Shown here: positions 40,254 to 50,393 of the stretch, piece by piece
How positions within the stretch are numbered: position 1 is the stretch's first letter
How the letters are laid out: the number at the start of each line of letters is the position of its first letter
From: Bacteroidales bacterium
Lineage (GTDB): Bacteria > Bacteroidota > Bacteroidia > Bacteroidales > JAFGXI01
NCBI GenBank assembly: GCA_016936665.1
Contig: JAFGXI010000017.1
Span: forward strand, 114,672 to 178,671
Direction: 5' to 3'
Length of the DNA stretch: 64,000 bases
Program-made: the position numbers and the translations under genes
The notes under the pieces: generated by a model
Databases searched by the model: none
What the model was told of the DNA's origin: nothing
The model's input: the letters and a program-made list of their open reading frames with translations, nothing else

Positions 40254-40288
40254 AAAAAAAGAGTGCCAAAAACTTTTTGGACACCCTC
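40254..40288 (-). terminator. Hairpin terminator of acyl-CoA dehydrogenase gene, possibly IS-end derived
   Basis: Minus strand GAGGGTGTCCAAAAAGTTTTTGGCACTC-TTTTTTT. Confidence 0.55.
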
Positions 40289-40310
40289 AAATATTAATTA
40301 GTAGTAATTT

Positions 40311-41471
40311 TTATCCTATGTATTCATCGGCAAGATATCTGGCGATAACTAGCTTTTGAATTTCGGAGGTACCTTCACCAATCTGCAATAATCGTTGGTC
40401 GCGATAGAATCGCTCAATATCATAATCTTTCATCAAACCATAACCGCCATGGATTTGAACGCCTAAATCGGCTACTTCTTTTGCTATTTCTGAGCAATAA
40501 TATTTTGACATTGCTGCTTCTTTTGCAAATGGTTTTTTGTTGTCTTTTAGCCAACATGCTTTGTACAAAAGCGTTCTAGCCATTTCAATTTTAGTGGCCG
40601 CTTCCGCCATTTTAAAGCTTGTATTTTGAAAACTATAAATTGTTTTTCCAAATTGTTTACGTTCGTGGGCGTAGTTAATTGCTAATTCGAATGCGCCTTG
40701 TGCCAAGCCTAAACCCATAGCAGCAATCGATAAACGTCCGTTATCTAAGGTTTGAAGCATTATTTTAGACCCCTGCCCCACTTTTCCTAGTATATCGCTA
40801 ACAGGCACTTTCAAATCATCGAAATAAAGCTCTGCCGTATCTGAAGCTCTCCACATCATTTTCCCGTGCATAGGAACAGAAGAATAACCAGGTGTTCCTT
40901 TTTCTACAATAAACGTTGTGTATTCCTTTCTTCCTTTTTCATCTTCTCCTGTAACCGCTTGAACGGTCGAACCAATCGCTAATTTAGAAGCTCCATTAGT
41001 GATGAAAATTTTTGATCCGTTAATGATGTAATCCTCGCCCTGTTTAACGGCTTTCGTTTTTGTTCCTCTAGAATCGGAGCCGGCGTCGGGTTCTGTTAAT
41101 CCAAAAGCCCAAAGTGCTTCGCCGGTACAAAGTTGTGGTAGATATTTATGCTTCTGTTCTTCTGTGCCAAAATAATAAAGCGGACCTATTCCCAATGAAT
41201 TATGAGCAGCCAGCGTAGCAGCTTGCGAACTGTCTATTCTTGCAATTTCTTCGACGGCAATAATATAGGATAAAGTATCCATTCCTCCTCCTCCATATTG
41301 TTCGGGCAAATACATTCCAAACAAACCAAGCTCTCCCATTTTGTTAGTTAATTCGACGGAAAACTCGGCTTTCTCATCAAGCTCTTTAGCCATGGGTTTT
41401 ATCTCTCTTTCAGCAAAGTCGCGAACAGTGCTTCTGATCATTTGTTGTTCTTCTGTCAATTCGAAATTCAT
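40311..41471 (-). CDS. Acyl-CoA dehydrogenase (short/branched chain type)
   Basis: AFGLTEPDAGSD, INGSKIFITN, ERKQFG, QIHGGYG, IGEGTSEIQ. Confidence 0.93.
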   Translation of the reverse strand: MNFELTEEQQMIRSTVRDFAEREIKPMAKELDEKAEFSVELTNKMGELGLFGMYLPEQYGGGGMDTLSYIIAVEEIARIDSSQAATLAAHNSLGIGPLYYFGTEEQKHKYLPQLCTGEALWAFGLTEPDAGSDSRGTKTKAVKQGEDYIINGSKIFITNGASKLAIGSTVQAVTGEDEKGRKEYTTFIVEKGTPGYSSVPMHGKMMWRASDTAELYFDDLKVPVSDILGKVGQGSKIMLQTLDNGRLSIAAMGLGLAQGAFELAINYAHERKQFGKTIYSFQNTSFKMAEAATKIEMARTLLYKACWLKDNKKPFAKEAAMSKYYCSEIAKEVADLGVQIHGGYGLMKDYDIERFYRDQRLLQIGEGTSEIQKLVIARYLADEYIG

Positions 41472-41613
41472 GATTATTCTCAATTAGTTTAATAGCTCTG
41501 TAATATTACAAAAAATCGAGCAAAATCTCAAGTAAATAGTTACAAACTTACATATGTTAATTTCAGAGTAATTTCTAAAAAATGAGTTTTCTTCGACAAG
41601 AATTAATAATCCT

Positions 41614-41621
41614 TATATTTG
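41614..41621 (+). promoter_or_regulatory. -7 promoter element (TATATTTG) upstream of the Schlafen-domain gene
   Basis: TAnnTTTG match; a second match TATTTTTG at 41640-41647. Confidence 0.45.
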
Positions 41622-41699
41622 CAATTCAAAATTCAAATATATTTTTGTGATTGTCGTGCCGGTTACAAAACTAAAAGACGCCTAATAAAAAACAAAGAA

Positions 41700-43232
41700 A
41701 TGAAAAGACTCATTGTTGTATTTACCTTTATTTTATTTAATCTTTTTAGTGCCTATTATTGGTTTTTTTACGAAAGTGAAAAAAATGAATTTAAGGATGA
41801 AGTTATGACCGTTATTGGTGACCAACTTCAAAAAGAAATGCAAGGATTATTGAAAGAAACAGAAGCAAATTTCAAATCATTACGAAATGATTGCTCTTCT
41901 TTTAATTTTGATTTTGAGACATGTAACAGCTACTTCCTTCAATATTTTGATAACAATAAATTATCAAGATCCTTTCTGCTAAAAAAAAATCAATTTAAAT
42001 TTTTAATACAACAAGATCAAGACAGTTATATAAGTGCTTTTGATAGTACTCAAAATATTGATGTCGTAAATTGGAAGCGTTTCGTTAATGGAAAAGAAAT
42101 ATCGCAATGGAACGAAATATTTTCCGACGACGACTACCAGCTACAATGGATAAATGATTTAGGCAAAGAATCTGAAGATTTCTTTTGGACGGACAAAGTC
42201 CTTTCACAAAACAATCAATCGAACCTAATTATTGGAGAATCTTGGATCGAAGGATCCAATCATTGGACATTGCTATCGCGTTTTTCTTATCAAACATTAA
42301 GAGATCGTTTAAGCTTTCTTAAATCTTACGAAGTATTTAGAGTCATTTTGGAAACAAGTAATAACCAAATGATCTTCTTGTCTAACAATCTATCTGGCTC
42401 TGCAGATACAATCATCGACTCCGATAGTTTCAGGCAGTTTTATAAGGCAAAATTTTTAGAAAACGAAAAAGAGACTTTGGTTACCTTCCGTTTTAACGAG
42501 CGCAATACTTGGGCGGCTATTCGCCCTATCGATGGCAGTTTAAATATTAAGAAAGTGATTATAAGCATGCCTGAATCCTCAATTCAATCGATTCAAGAAA
42601 CTGATCAACTTAGCGATATATTCTTTTTTATTCTTGGATTAATTATTAGCTTTTTTGCAATATGGTTCATTTTTCGTCCAAAAACATTCAAAAGGGCATC
42701 AATATCTGCTACATCAAGCTTATCAATCAACGATATTTTAGAAGAGAACGAAAATCGTTATCTTGAATTCAAATCCTCGCTTCGGTGGGATTATAAGCAA
42801 GAAAAAGTAAATCCCGATTTAGAGTTCGTTATTATTAAAACAATAGCTGCATTTGGAAATTCTGACGGAGGGACTTTATTAATTGGTGTCGATGACGATA
42901 AACAAATCCTAGGATTAGGAGCAGATTACCAAACATTAAAAAAACCAGGTGCAGATTATTTCGAAATATACAGCCGAAACTTATTTCATAAATATTTTGG
43001 GGTTAAATACACTACAAAAAACATACGGATGAGCTTCTTAAAAGACAACACAAAAGAAGTGTGCATGGTCGAAGTTTTCAAAGCCAACGAACCTGTCTAT
43101 ATTAAATATAAAGATAAATCCGGATTGATGGGTGAGAAATTTTTTGTTCGTTCGGGAAACTCGTCGCAACAAATCGATTCGTTAAAAGACATTAACGATT
43201 ATATTTATGAGCGATTTAAGAAAAAAGACTAG
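41700..43232 (+). CDS. Two-TM protein with periplasmic Cache-like domain and cytoplasmic Schlafen/AlbA_2 domain
   Basis: TM1 LIVVFTFILFNLFSAYYWFF, TM2 IFFFILGLIISFFAIWFIF, then ENENRYLEFKSS...KTIAAFGNSDGGTLLIGVDDD...FFVRSGNSS; start ATG 41700. Confidence 0.85.
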   Translation: MKRLIVVFTFILFNLFSAYYWFFYESEKNEFKDEVMTVIGDQLQKEMQGLLKETEANFKSLRNDCSSFNFDFETCNSYFLQYFDNNKLSRSFLLKKNQFKFLIQQDQDSYISAFDSTQNIDVVNWKRFVNGKEISQWNEIFSDDDYQLQWINDLGKESEDFFWTDKVLSQNNQSNLIIGESWIEGSNHWTLLSRFSYQTLRDRLSFLKSYEVFRVILETSNNQMIFLSNNLSGSADTIIDSDSFRQFYKAKFLENEKETLVTFRFNERNTWAAIRPIDGSLNIKKVIISMPESSIQSIQETDQLSDIFFFILGLIISFFAIWFIFRPKTFKRASISATSSLSINDILEENENRYLEFKSSLRWDYKQEKVNPDLEFVIIKTIAAFGNSDGGTLLIGVDDDKQILGLGADYQTLKKPGADYFEIYSRNLFHKYFGVKYTTKNIRMSFLKDNTKEVCMVEVFKANEPVYIKYKDKSGLMGEKFFVRSGNSSQQIDSLKDINDYIYERFKKKD

Positions 43233-44881
43233 AGCATTAACGCTTTAGCATTTTCGATGGCGATAGGACTGATGTTCTCGCCACTTAAAAGACCTGCTAT
43301 TTCTAAAATACGTTCATCTTTGTTTAAGGCAAAAACTTTAGTAATTGTGCTTTTGTTGTTCTGTTCTTGTTTTTCAACTTTAAAATGATGATCGCCTTTA
43401 GCTGCTATTTGAGGTAAATGAGTTATTACAATTAGTTGTCTGTGTTTTGCCATGGCTTGCATTAAAACGGCCATTTTATGAGCTATTTCGCCAGAAACAC
43501 CTGTGTCAATTTCGTCTAATACCAAACTCGATAAATTGGCTTTTTTCGACCAAACATTTTTAATGGCTAGCATTATTCTCGATTGTTCTCCACCCGATGC
43601 TATTTTGCTAAGATCGTCTTCCTTTTGGCCAATATTAGCTGAAAATTTAAACAGAAAATCATCTTTTCCTAAGGCATCTGCTTGCTCTTTAGTTTGGTGT
43701 TCGATTGAAAACACTGCTTTAGGAATGCCCAACTGCTGAATAGTCGATTCAATTGACTGGCTCAATTCTTTCGCAATAGCCTGTCTCTGTATACTTAACT
43801 GTTCGGATGCAGAAAACCATTGTTCTTCTGCCATTTTTTTCTTTTTTCTTAGCTCCGATAACTCAAACTCGAAATTACCCAAAGACTGAAGTTGCTGATC
43901 GAGCTGATTTCGCTTCTCGATGAGTGCTTCGACACTGTCGAGCTGATGCTTTCTTAACAAGTCGTGCAATAAAGCTAAACGCTCATCGATCCATAATATA
44001 CGCTGAGCATCGTACTCGATAGATTCCGCGTCTTGCTCAATATCCGGACTTAAATCTTTTAAATCGATTAGGTTTTGAGAGATTCGATCTAAATATATTT
44101 TAGCATTCGGATAATATGTGGCTAATTTTTGCAATTGAGTTTCGATGCTCGAAAGTTGTGAGATTATAGCATTTTCATTTTCAGACAAAAGCATTATTGC
44201 TCCACTCAATGCCTGTTTTATCTCTTCGGCATGATTTAGTGTTTCTAGCTCTTGTTCTAAGACTTCGAGCTCTCCGGCTTGCAATTTAGCTTTATCGAGC
44301 TGATCGAACTGAAATTGAATAAATTCAGTTTCTTGGCTTAAGACTGCATTTTTCTGTTCAAGTGTTTTTAAGGACTGTATTGTATTTTGGTATTCCTCCC
44401 AAAGCGTCTTATAATTCGATAACAAAGCATGTGTTCCAGCAAAATCGTCAATCAATTGCAGTCGATAGGACGATTGTTTAATTTTTAAATTTTGATGTTG
44501 AGAATGCCAATCGAAAAGCTTAAATGCCACATCTTCCATAACTTTTAAATTGACAGGCACATCGTTCACAAATGAACGGCTTTTACCATTCGGGTGTATT
44601 TCGCGACGTAAAATTGAAATTGGCTCAAATTCAATATCATTAGTTTCGAAAAACGTTTTTAAGCTTGAATCGACTTTTACTTCCAACTCTACAATACATT
44701 TTTCGTCTGGATTCTTTAAAACCTGTCCTTCTGCACGCTGACCGGACAATAATGCTAAGGCACCCATAAGCACAGACTTTCCTGCACCAGTTGCACCGGT
44801 AATTACATTGAGTCCTGTACCAAATTGCACTTGTACTTCGTCTATTAAAATATAATTACGAATGGAAAGCTTCTGAAACAT
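43229..44881 (-). CDS. recN: DNA repair protein RecN
   Basis: ITGATGAGKS Walker A, ASGGEQSR, LDEIDTGVSG, ITHLPQIAA. Confidence 0.96.
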   Translation of the reverse strand: MFQKLSIRNYILIDEVQVQFGTGLNVITGATGAGKSVLMGALALLSGQRAEGQVLKNPDEKCIVELEVKVDSSLKTFFETNDIEFEPISILRREIHPNGKSRSFVNDVPVNLKVMEDVAFKLFDWHSQHQNLKIKQSSYRLQLIDDFAGTHALLSNYKTLWEEYQNTIQSLKTLEQKNAVLSQETEFIQFQFDQLDKAKLQAGELEVLEQELETLNHAEEIKQALSGAIMLLSENENAIISQLSSIETQLQKLATYYPNAKIYLDRISQNLIDLKDLSPDIEQDAESIEYDAQRILWIDERLALLHDLLRKHQLDSVEALIEKRNQLDQQLQSLGNFEFELSELRKKKKMAEEQWFSASEQLSIQRQAIAKELSQSIESTIQQLGIPKAVFSIEHQTKEQADALGKDDFLFKFSANIGQKEDDLSKIASGGEQSRIMLAIKNVWSKKANLSSLVLDEIDTGVSGEIAHKMAVLMQAMAKHRQLIVITHLPQIAAKGDHHFKVEKQEQNNKSTITKVFALNKDERILEIAGLLSGENISPIAIENAKALML

Positions 44882-44886
44882 AGGGC

Positions 44887-45792
44887 CTATTGTTCCTTAA
44901 TCTTATTGTATTTATTCATGTTCGAAGGATTAATTTCGGATAAGATATTAAACGCTCGAATTTTTTCGTCTGGAGCTCCTTCGCTGAATACATTTACAAA
45001 CTCATCGGCCTTTGCATCGAAAATAAGTTGTAAGTATGGCATGTAAGGACTTGGCTTTTCTCTGTACACTTTTTGTAACAGACTTAAAGATTCTAAAATT
45101 TTAGCTCTACCTTGGCTAGCTTTTTCACTCATTACGTCCAACCCTAAACGATGATATTGATACATAAAATCGCGAATTGGTGCATATTTAGAATCTAAAA
45201 TATTTTGAATAAACCAATATCTGTTTTTTTGACTTTCGAAGGCTTTCCAACCCGGCTCTACAGCATTTTGAGCATTGTTCACGATATTTTCTGCTTTCGA
45301 AAAAAATTCTGTTCCCGCTTTTGGAGAAAACGAATCGTAATCCATTCCCAAGATAACATACGACCAATAGGAGATAACCGCAACTAAATTATTTCCATGC
45401 GAATTTTCGTTGAATTCCAGAGGTTGATTTTCGACGTATTGAAATTGAATATCAATATCGCGATAGTTTATTAATACTGTATTTAAATTAGTGCCAAACA
45501 CAGGGCGATTGGCTTGTACTTGCATTGAGCCTTTGTAATTATCGGAAGAAACTTGCTCTGTAATATTAATTTGGAATGTACACTCGATACGCTCTTCGGC
45601 ACTAAAAATATGATTGGTCCATTTACGATTATTTACAAATTCAAAAAGACTTTTTTGAAGGGTCTGAAAAATTTCTTTGTTTACACTCCCTTGTATTTGT
45701 TGCCCCGATACCTGAACACGCGCATTTAATTCTTGACCAAAAGACAAGATCTGTATGCATAAAAATAGTATTAAAATAGCAAGTTTGCGCAT
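44887..45792 (-). CDS. DUF4835 family protein (PorD-like, T9SS-associated)
   Basis: QELNARVQV, FVNNRKWT, YHRLGLD; conserved position between coaBC and recN. Confidence 0.85.
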   Translation of the reverse strand: MRKLAILILFLCIQILSFGQELNARVQVSGQQIQGSVNKEIFQTLQKSLFEFVNNRKWTNHIFSAEERIECTFQINITEQVSSDNYKGSMQVQANRPVFGTNLNTVLINYRDIDIQFQYVENQPLEFNENSHGNNLVAVISYWSYVILGMDYDSFSPKAGTEFFSKAENIVNNAQNAVEPGWKAFESQKNRYWFIQNILDSKYAPIRDFMYQYHRLGLDVMSEKASQGRAKILESLSLLQKVYREKPSPYMPYLQLIFDAKADEFVNVFSEGAPDEKIRAFNILSEINPSNMNKYNKIKEQ

Positions 45793-45866
45793 TTGATATA
45801 GCTTTTAGATTTAGTTCTATTTCTTTTACAATGATGCAAGTTATAAAAAAAACAAGATTGATTCAA

Positions 45867-47072
45867 TTATTTAAGCGTTCTTATCAGCTTCTCCACAATG
45901 TCGCTTGCAACTTCTTGTTTTGTCTTTAACTCGAAATATTGAATATTATTGTTATTATCTACAATTGTAATTTTGTTGGTATCTACACCAAAACCCGCCC
46001 CTTCATCGTTTAGAGAGTTTAGTACGATCCAGTCTAAATTTTTACTTAACAACTTTTTCTGAGCATTATCTAGCTCGTCGTTGGTTTCTAAAGCAAAACC
46101 AACTAGTATTTGACTAGGTCGCTTTACAGCTCCTAAACTGGCTGCAATATCTTTGTTTGGCACTAAACTAATTTGTAAATCTCCTGCCTCTTTACGTTTT
46201 ATCTTAACATTGGTTGAATGTTGCGGTTTGTAATCAGCAACTGCTGCCGCCATTATTGCGGCATCAACTTCGGGGAAAATGCTAATACACTGTTCGTACA
46301 TTTGATCGGCAGAAAGCACATCGATACGTTCTACCGACGTATGATTTGTTTTTATTGGAGTAGGGCCGGTTACCAAAAAAACTTTTGCGCCTTGCTCCGC
46401 CAATCGATCGGCGATGGCAAAGCCCATCTTTCCAGATGAAAAATTTCCAATAAATCGTACTGGATCTATTTTTTCGTAGGTTGGCCCTGCTGTAATTAAA
46501 AATTGTTTACCGCAAAGCTTTTTTTTTTGATTGAAGAATGCAATCACATTTTCAACAATAGTTTCGGGTTCTTCCATCCGACCTTTACCATCCAGTCCAC
46601 TGGCCAATTCTCCACTGGTGGGCTCAATAATAATATTGCCGTAAGCTTTTAAAGTCTCAATATTTTTTTGGGTCGAAGGGTGCTTAAACATGTCTAAGTC
46701 CATCGATGGAGCTAACATAACCGGAGCTTTACACGATAGATAAGTCGTAATTAACAAATTGTCGGCTATGGCGTGAGCCATCTTACCCATCGAAGAGGCT
46801 GTTGCAGGAGCAATAAGCATTAAATCGGCCCACAAACCCAAATCGACATGACTGTTCCAAGCGCCATCGTCGTGCTTAAAAAAATCGATAAGCACTGTAT
46901 TTCTTGATAATGTTGCCATCGTAACCGGCGTAATAAACTCTGTCGCATTAGGCGTCATTACTACCTTTACATTGGCTCCTTCTTTAATGAGATAACGGCA
47001 GAGATAAGCGCTTTTGTAGGCCGCTATCCCTCCCGTAATCCCTAAAATAATGTTTTTATTTTGCAGACGCAT
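45867..47072 (-). CDS. coaBC: Phosphopantothenoylcysteine decarboxylase/ligase
   Basis: GITGGIAAYK, APATA, TAGPTYE.IDPVRFIGNFSSGKMG, AAVADY, VGFALET. Confidence 0.96.
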   Translation of the reverse strand: MRLQNKNIILGITGGIAAYKSAYLCRYLIKEGANVKVVMTPNATEFITPVTMATLSRNTVLIDFFKHDDGAWNSHVDLGLWADLMLIAPATASSMGKMAHAIADNLLITTYLSCKAPVMLAPSMDLDMFKHPSTQKNIETLKAYGNIIIEPTSGELASGLDGKGRMEEPETIVENVIAFFNQKKKLCGKQFLITAGPTYEKIDPVRFIGNFSSGKMGFAIADRLAEQGAKVFLVTGPTPIKTNHTSVERIDVLSADQMYEQCISIFPEVDAAIMAAAVADYKPQHSTNVKIKRKEAGDLQISLVPNKDIAASLGAVKRPSQILVGFALETNDELDNAQKKLLSKNLDWIVLNSLNDEGAGFGVDTNKITIVDNNNNIQYFELKTKQEVASDIVEKLIRTLK

Positions 47073-47386
47073 TATTCAGCGTTTCTGAATTTTATTCTGT
47101 TTTCAATAAATTCTTGTAAGGCAATTAAAGTTGGTTTTGGTAACTTTTCGTAGAATTTCGAAATTTCGATTTGCTCTCTGTTTTCGAAAATTTCTTCTAA
47201 GTTATCGCTATAGCTGGCAAACTCTTCAAGTTTTTGCTTCAACTCCTCTTTCAACTCAAGAGAAATTTGATTTGCTCTTTTCGAAGCAATTACAAGCGAT
47301 TCGTAAATATTACCAGTCTCTTTATCGAAATCGGTTAAATCGCGAGTTACAGTTGTGCCTGCTGCATTTGTTTTTTTATAATCCAT
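47072..47386 (-). CDS. rpoZ: RNA polymerase subunit omega (Bacteroidota type)
   Basis: TGNIYE...KRANQI, EEIFENREQIEISKFYEKLPKP. Confidence 0.9.
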   Translation of the reverse strand: MDYKKTNAAGTTVTRDLTDFDKETGNIYESLVIASKRANQISLELKEELKQKLEEFASYSDNLEEIFENREQIEISKFYEKLPKPTLIALQEFIENRIKFRNAE

Positions 47387-47398
47387 TGTTGTATGAAT

Positions 47399-48190
47399 TT
47401 ATTGTTGTTTTAAATATTTACGTGACTTATTAAATAAACGCTCAGCCTCTTTAATTTTTTCAGACTCAGGAAATTCATCGGCTAAAATATAATATTCATC
47501 AATGGCTTTTTGGTAGCGTTCGTTTTTCTTAGATTCTACACTCTTCTCAGCAAGAACGAATGCCGATTTGAGTATTAGATATAAAATTTCTTCTCTGTAT
47601 TTGGTATCGGGGTATTCGATTAATACGTTTTTTAGTGCAATACCAGCAGCTTTATAGTCGCCCAAATTATAGTATAACTTAGCATTTGCAAAAGCTTTAA
47701 CCTCAAGTCTTCCTCTAAGTTCGTCTATCAAGCTGTTGCACTCTGTAACGTAATTGCTTTTCGGGTATTTATCGATAAATAACTGAAGAGCTTTTATACC
47801 TTCTACGGTAAACGACATATCCAACGAAGATGGGCTTGCATTTAAATATGCACAGTAGGCACTTTTGTACAAAGCTTCTTCGGCGTATTCACTTTGCGGA
47901 TATGTCCTGGCAAACATGCCATAATGATAACCTGCCAAGATGTATTCTTTTTTTCCGAAATGGCTACCTGCCAGATAATAGTAAACCTTCTCTGCTCTTT
48001 GAGTGCCTTTGTAGATTCCATGCAACTCTTCGAGTAAGTTATAGGCTCTGGTATAATCGCCTTTTTCGTAATACATAACCCCCATTTTATATTTCTGCTC
48101 ATAATCGGAACTTTTTAACAATTTTTGATACTTGCTACAAGCACTGATTACCAACACAATAGAGGACAATATGGCTAATTTTTTAAACAT
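47399..48190 (-). CDS. bamD: Outer membrane protein assembly factor BamD
   Basis: Lipobox ISAC, TPRs, LQLFIDKYP, bamD-rpoZ-coaBC synteny; TATCTTTG promoter motif at 48195-48202. Confidence 0.92.
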   Translation of the reverse strand: MFKKLAILSSIVLVISACSKYQKLLKSSDYEQKYKMGVMYYEKGDYTRAYNLLEELHGIYKGTQRAEKVYYYLAGSHFGKKEYILAGYHYGMFARTYPQSEYAEEALYKSAYCAYLNASPSSLDMSFTVEGIKALQLFIDKYPKSNYVTECNSLIDELRGRLEVKAFANAKLYYNLGDYKAAGIALKNVLIEYPDTKYREEILYLILKSAFVLAEKSVESKKNERYQKAIDEYYILADEFPESEKIKEAERLFNKSRKYLKQQ

Positions 48191-48259
48191 TTTGCAAAGA
48201 TAGATGTTTTAAGACTAAATACGATAATATTTAACAATTATTGTATCATTCGATCGGAT

Positions 48260-48287
48260 AAAAAAGCCACCCAAATTGGTGGCTTTT
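48260..48287 (-). terminator. Terminator after rubrerythrin
   Basis: AAAAAGCCACC-CAAATT-GGTGGCTTTT. Confidence 0.75.
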
Positions 48288-48311
48288 AAAATGGTTATTA
48301 GTCGATGAGTA

Positions 48312-48887
48312 TTAATAATTACTCTCTTTTATCTCGAAAAAAGATTGAGGGTGTTCGCATGCCGGGCACATTTTTGGGGCTTTAGTTCCCTCATGTAAAT
48401 AACCACAATTTCTACATTTCCATACTATTTTACCTTCGCGTTCGAAAACATGACCTTCGTCTAAATTTTTATAAAGCGTTCTAAATCGTGCTTCGTGGGC
48501 TTTCTCAACCTTGGCAATCAAACGCCATGCTGCTGCAATTTCCTTAAATCCTTCTTCCTCTGCTATATCTGCAAATTCCGGGTATAATTCAACCCATTCT
48601 TCGTTTTCGCCATCGGCAGCCGCTTTCAAATTTTCTAATGTTGTTCCAATGGTTCCTGCAGGAAATGAAGCTGTTATTTCGACCATTCCGCCTTCTAGAA
48701 ATTTAAAAAAGCGTTTTGCATGGGCTTTTTCGTTTATTGCTGTTTCTTCGAAAATTGCAGCGATTTGTTCTAAGCCTTCTTTTTTTGCTTGTTTTGAAAA
48801 ATAATCGTAGCGCATACGAGCTTGCGACTCGCCGGCGAACGATTTTAACAAATTTTGCTCTGTTTTAGTTCCTTTTAAAGATTTCAT
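48312..48887 (-). CDS. rbr: Rubrerythrin
   Basis: FAGESQA, EKAHA, GENEE, EKAHE, WKCRNCG...CPACEHP. Confidence 0.95.
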   Translation of the reverse strand: MKSLKGTKTEQNLLKSFAGESQARMRYDYFSKQAKKEGLEQIAAIFEETAINEKAHAKRFFKFLEGGMVEITASFPAGTIGTTLENLKAAADGENEEWVELYPEFADIAEEEGFKEIAAAWRLIAKVEKAHEARFRTLYKNLDEGHVFEREGKIVWKCRNCGYLHEGTKAPKMCPACEHPQSFFEIKESNY

Positions 48888-49065
48888 ATATTCAGATTTT
48901 TATGATATAGTTGAAACCATGAAGGTACAAAGTTTATTCATCAAAGCATGATTTTTTTATATTTTTTGCGGTCAATTAATAATCTTTAACGCCACAAAAA
49001 GAAGAACGTATTTTTGTGTGTAAATTTTTATTTACTTTTATGTCAGAAATCTAATACTACAAGTT

Positions 49066-50391
49066 ATGAAACTCAAACATAACATCTATTTTAAAATTGG
49101 AATTATCGTCATCTTAGTGCTTCTTCTGATGATTCCGACAGCCTTAGTTAAATCTGTTATTAACGAGAGACAATTTTTAAAAGAATCGACAATTCAAGAA
49201 GTGAGTTCGAAGTGGGGCGACGCGCAAACACTAGCAGGTCCATTTATCTCCATTCCATACAACAAAATTGTAAAAGAATACTCACAGGCCGAGCAAAAAT
49301 ACAAAACTGTAGTTTATCGTGAATGGATCCATTTTTTACCTGAACAATTAACAATAAACGGAAATATTGATCCTGAAAAGAGAAGTCGTCGTATATACGA
49401 GGTTGTAGTTTACAACTCAGAGTTTGAAATTTCTGGTTTTTTTAAATCTCTCGACTTAAAATCGTTCGATATACCAATAGAGCAAATTCAATTCGATAAA
49501 GCAACTTTCAACATTGGCATCAGCGATTTGAAAGGCATCGAAAAGCAGATAGAGCTAGACTGGAATGACCAAAAAGCATTCTTTAATTCCGGCACTTCGT
49601 CGAACGATATTGTAGTGTCCGGAATTAGTGTACCTATTAAGTTGGCTTTCGACGACTCTACAGATTATCAATTCAATTTTAAATTATCACTCAAAGGTAG
49701 CCAAAGCATTAATTTTACACCAGTTGGCAAAACCAGCGATGTGCATTTAAGTTCAAATTGGCCTACCCCAAGTTTTGTCGGCAACTTTTTACCGGACGAT
49801 AGATCGATTAACGAGCAAGGGTTTACTGCCGATTGGAATATATTACACTTAAATAGAAATTATCCTCAAGCATGGATTGGAAATGCTTTCCGCTTAGACG
49901 ACAGTGAATTTGGAACAAGTTTATTGTTACCAGTCGACAATTACCAGAGAGCGTACAGAGTGGCGAAATATGCTATTTTATTTTTAGTATTAACCTTCAC
50001 GGTTTTCTTTTTTGTAGAAGTAATGAATCATGTATTTATTCATCCTATGCAATATTTATTGGTGGGTATAGCTTTGGTCATTTTTTACAGTTTATTGTTA
50101 TCTATTAGTGAGCACATCGTTTTTAATTGGTCATATATAATTTCTACAGTATTAACATTAGGGCTAATAACAGCGTACACCTATGCCATTCTTAAATCGA
50201 AGAAGTTGGCCTTACTCATCTTCAGCATATTGCTATTACTTTACTTATTCATCTTTACCATTATTCAACTGGAAGATTATGCTTTATTGATAGGTTCTAT
50301 CGGTATGTTTATTATACTGGCTATTGTTATGTATTATTCAAGAACCATCGATTGGTATCAAATTAAATTAGGCGATCACAAAACAAACTAA
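49066..50391 (+). CDS. creD: Cell envelope integrity protein CreD
   Basis: WPTPSFVGNFLP, YQRAYRVAKYAILF, IHPMQYLLVG, LLLSISEHI, EDYALLIGS. Confidence 0.93.
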   Translation: MKLKHNIYFKIGIIVILVLLLMIPTALVKSVINERQFLKESTIQEVSSKWGDAQTLAGPFISIPYNKIVKEYSQAEQKYKTVVYREWIHFLPEQLTINGNIDPEKRSRRIYEVVVYNSEFEISGFFKSLDLKSFDIPIEQIQFDKATFNIGISDLKGIEKQIELDWNDQKAFFNSGTSSNDIVVSGISVPIKLAFDDSTDYQFNFKLSLKGSQSINFTPVGKTSDVHLSSNWPTPSFVGNFLPDDRSINEQGFTADWNILHLNRNYPQAWIGNAFRLDDSEFGTSLLLPVDNYQRAYRVAKYAILFLVLTFTVFFFVEVMNHVFIHPMQYLLVGIALVIFYSLLLSISEHIVFNWSYIISTVLTLGLITAYTYAILKSKKLALLIFSILLLLYLFIFTIIQLEDYALLIGSIGMFIILAIVMYYSRTIDWYQIKLGDHKTN

Positions 50392-50393
50392 TA

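Noticed and set aside
48888-49065. Per box upstream of rubrerythrin, or fluoride riboswitch ahead of the crcB-containing operon
   Set aside because: No match to the palindromes seen at 9489-9522 and no recognisable crcB riboswitch consensus
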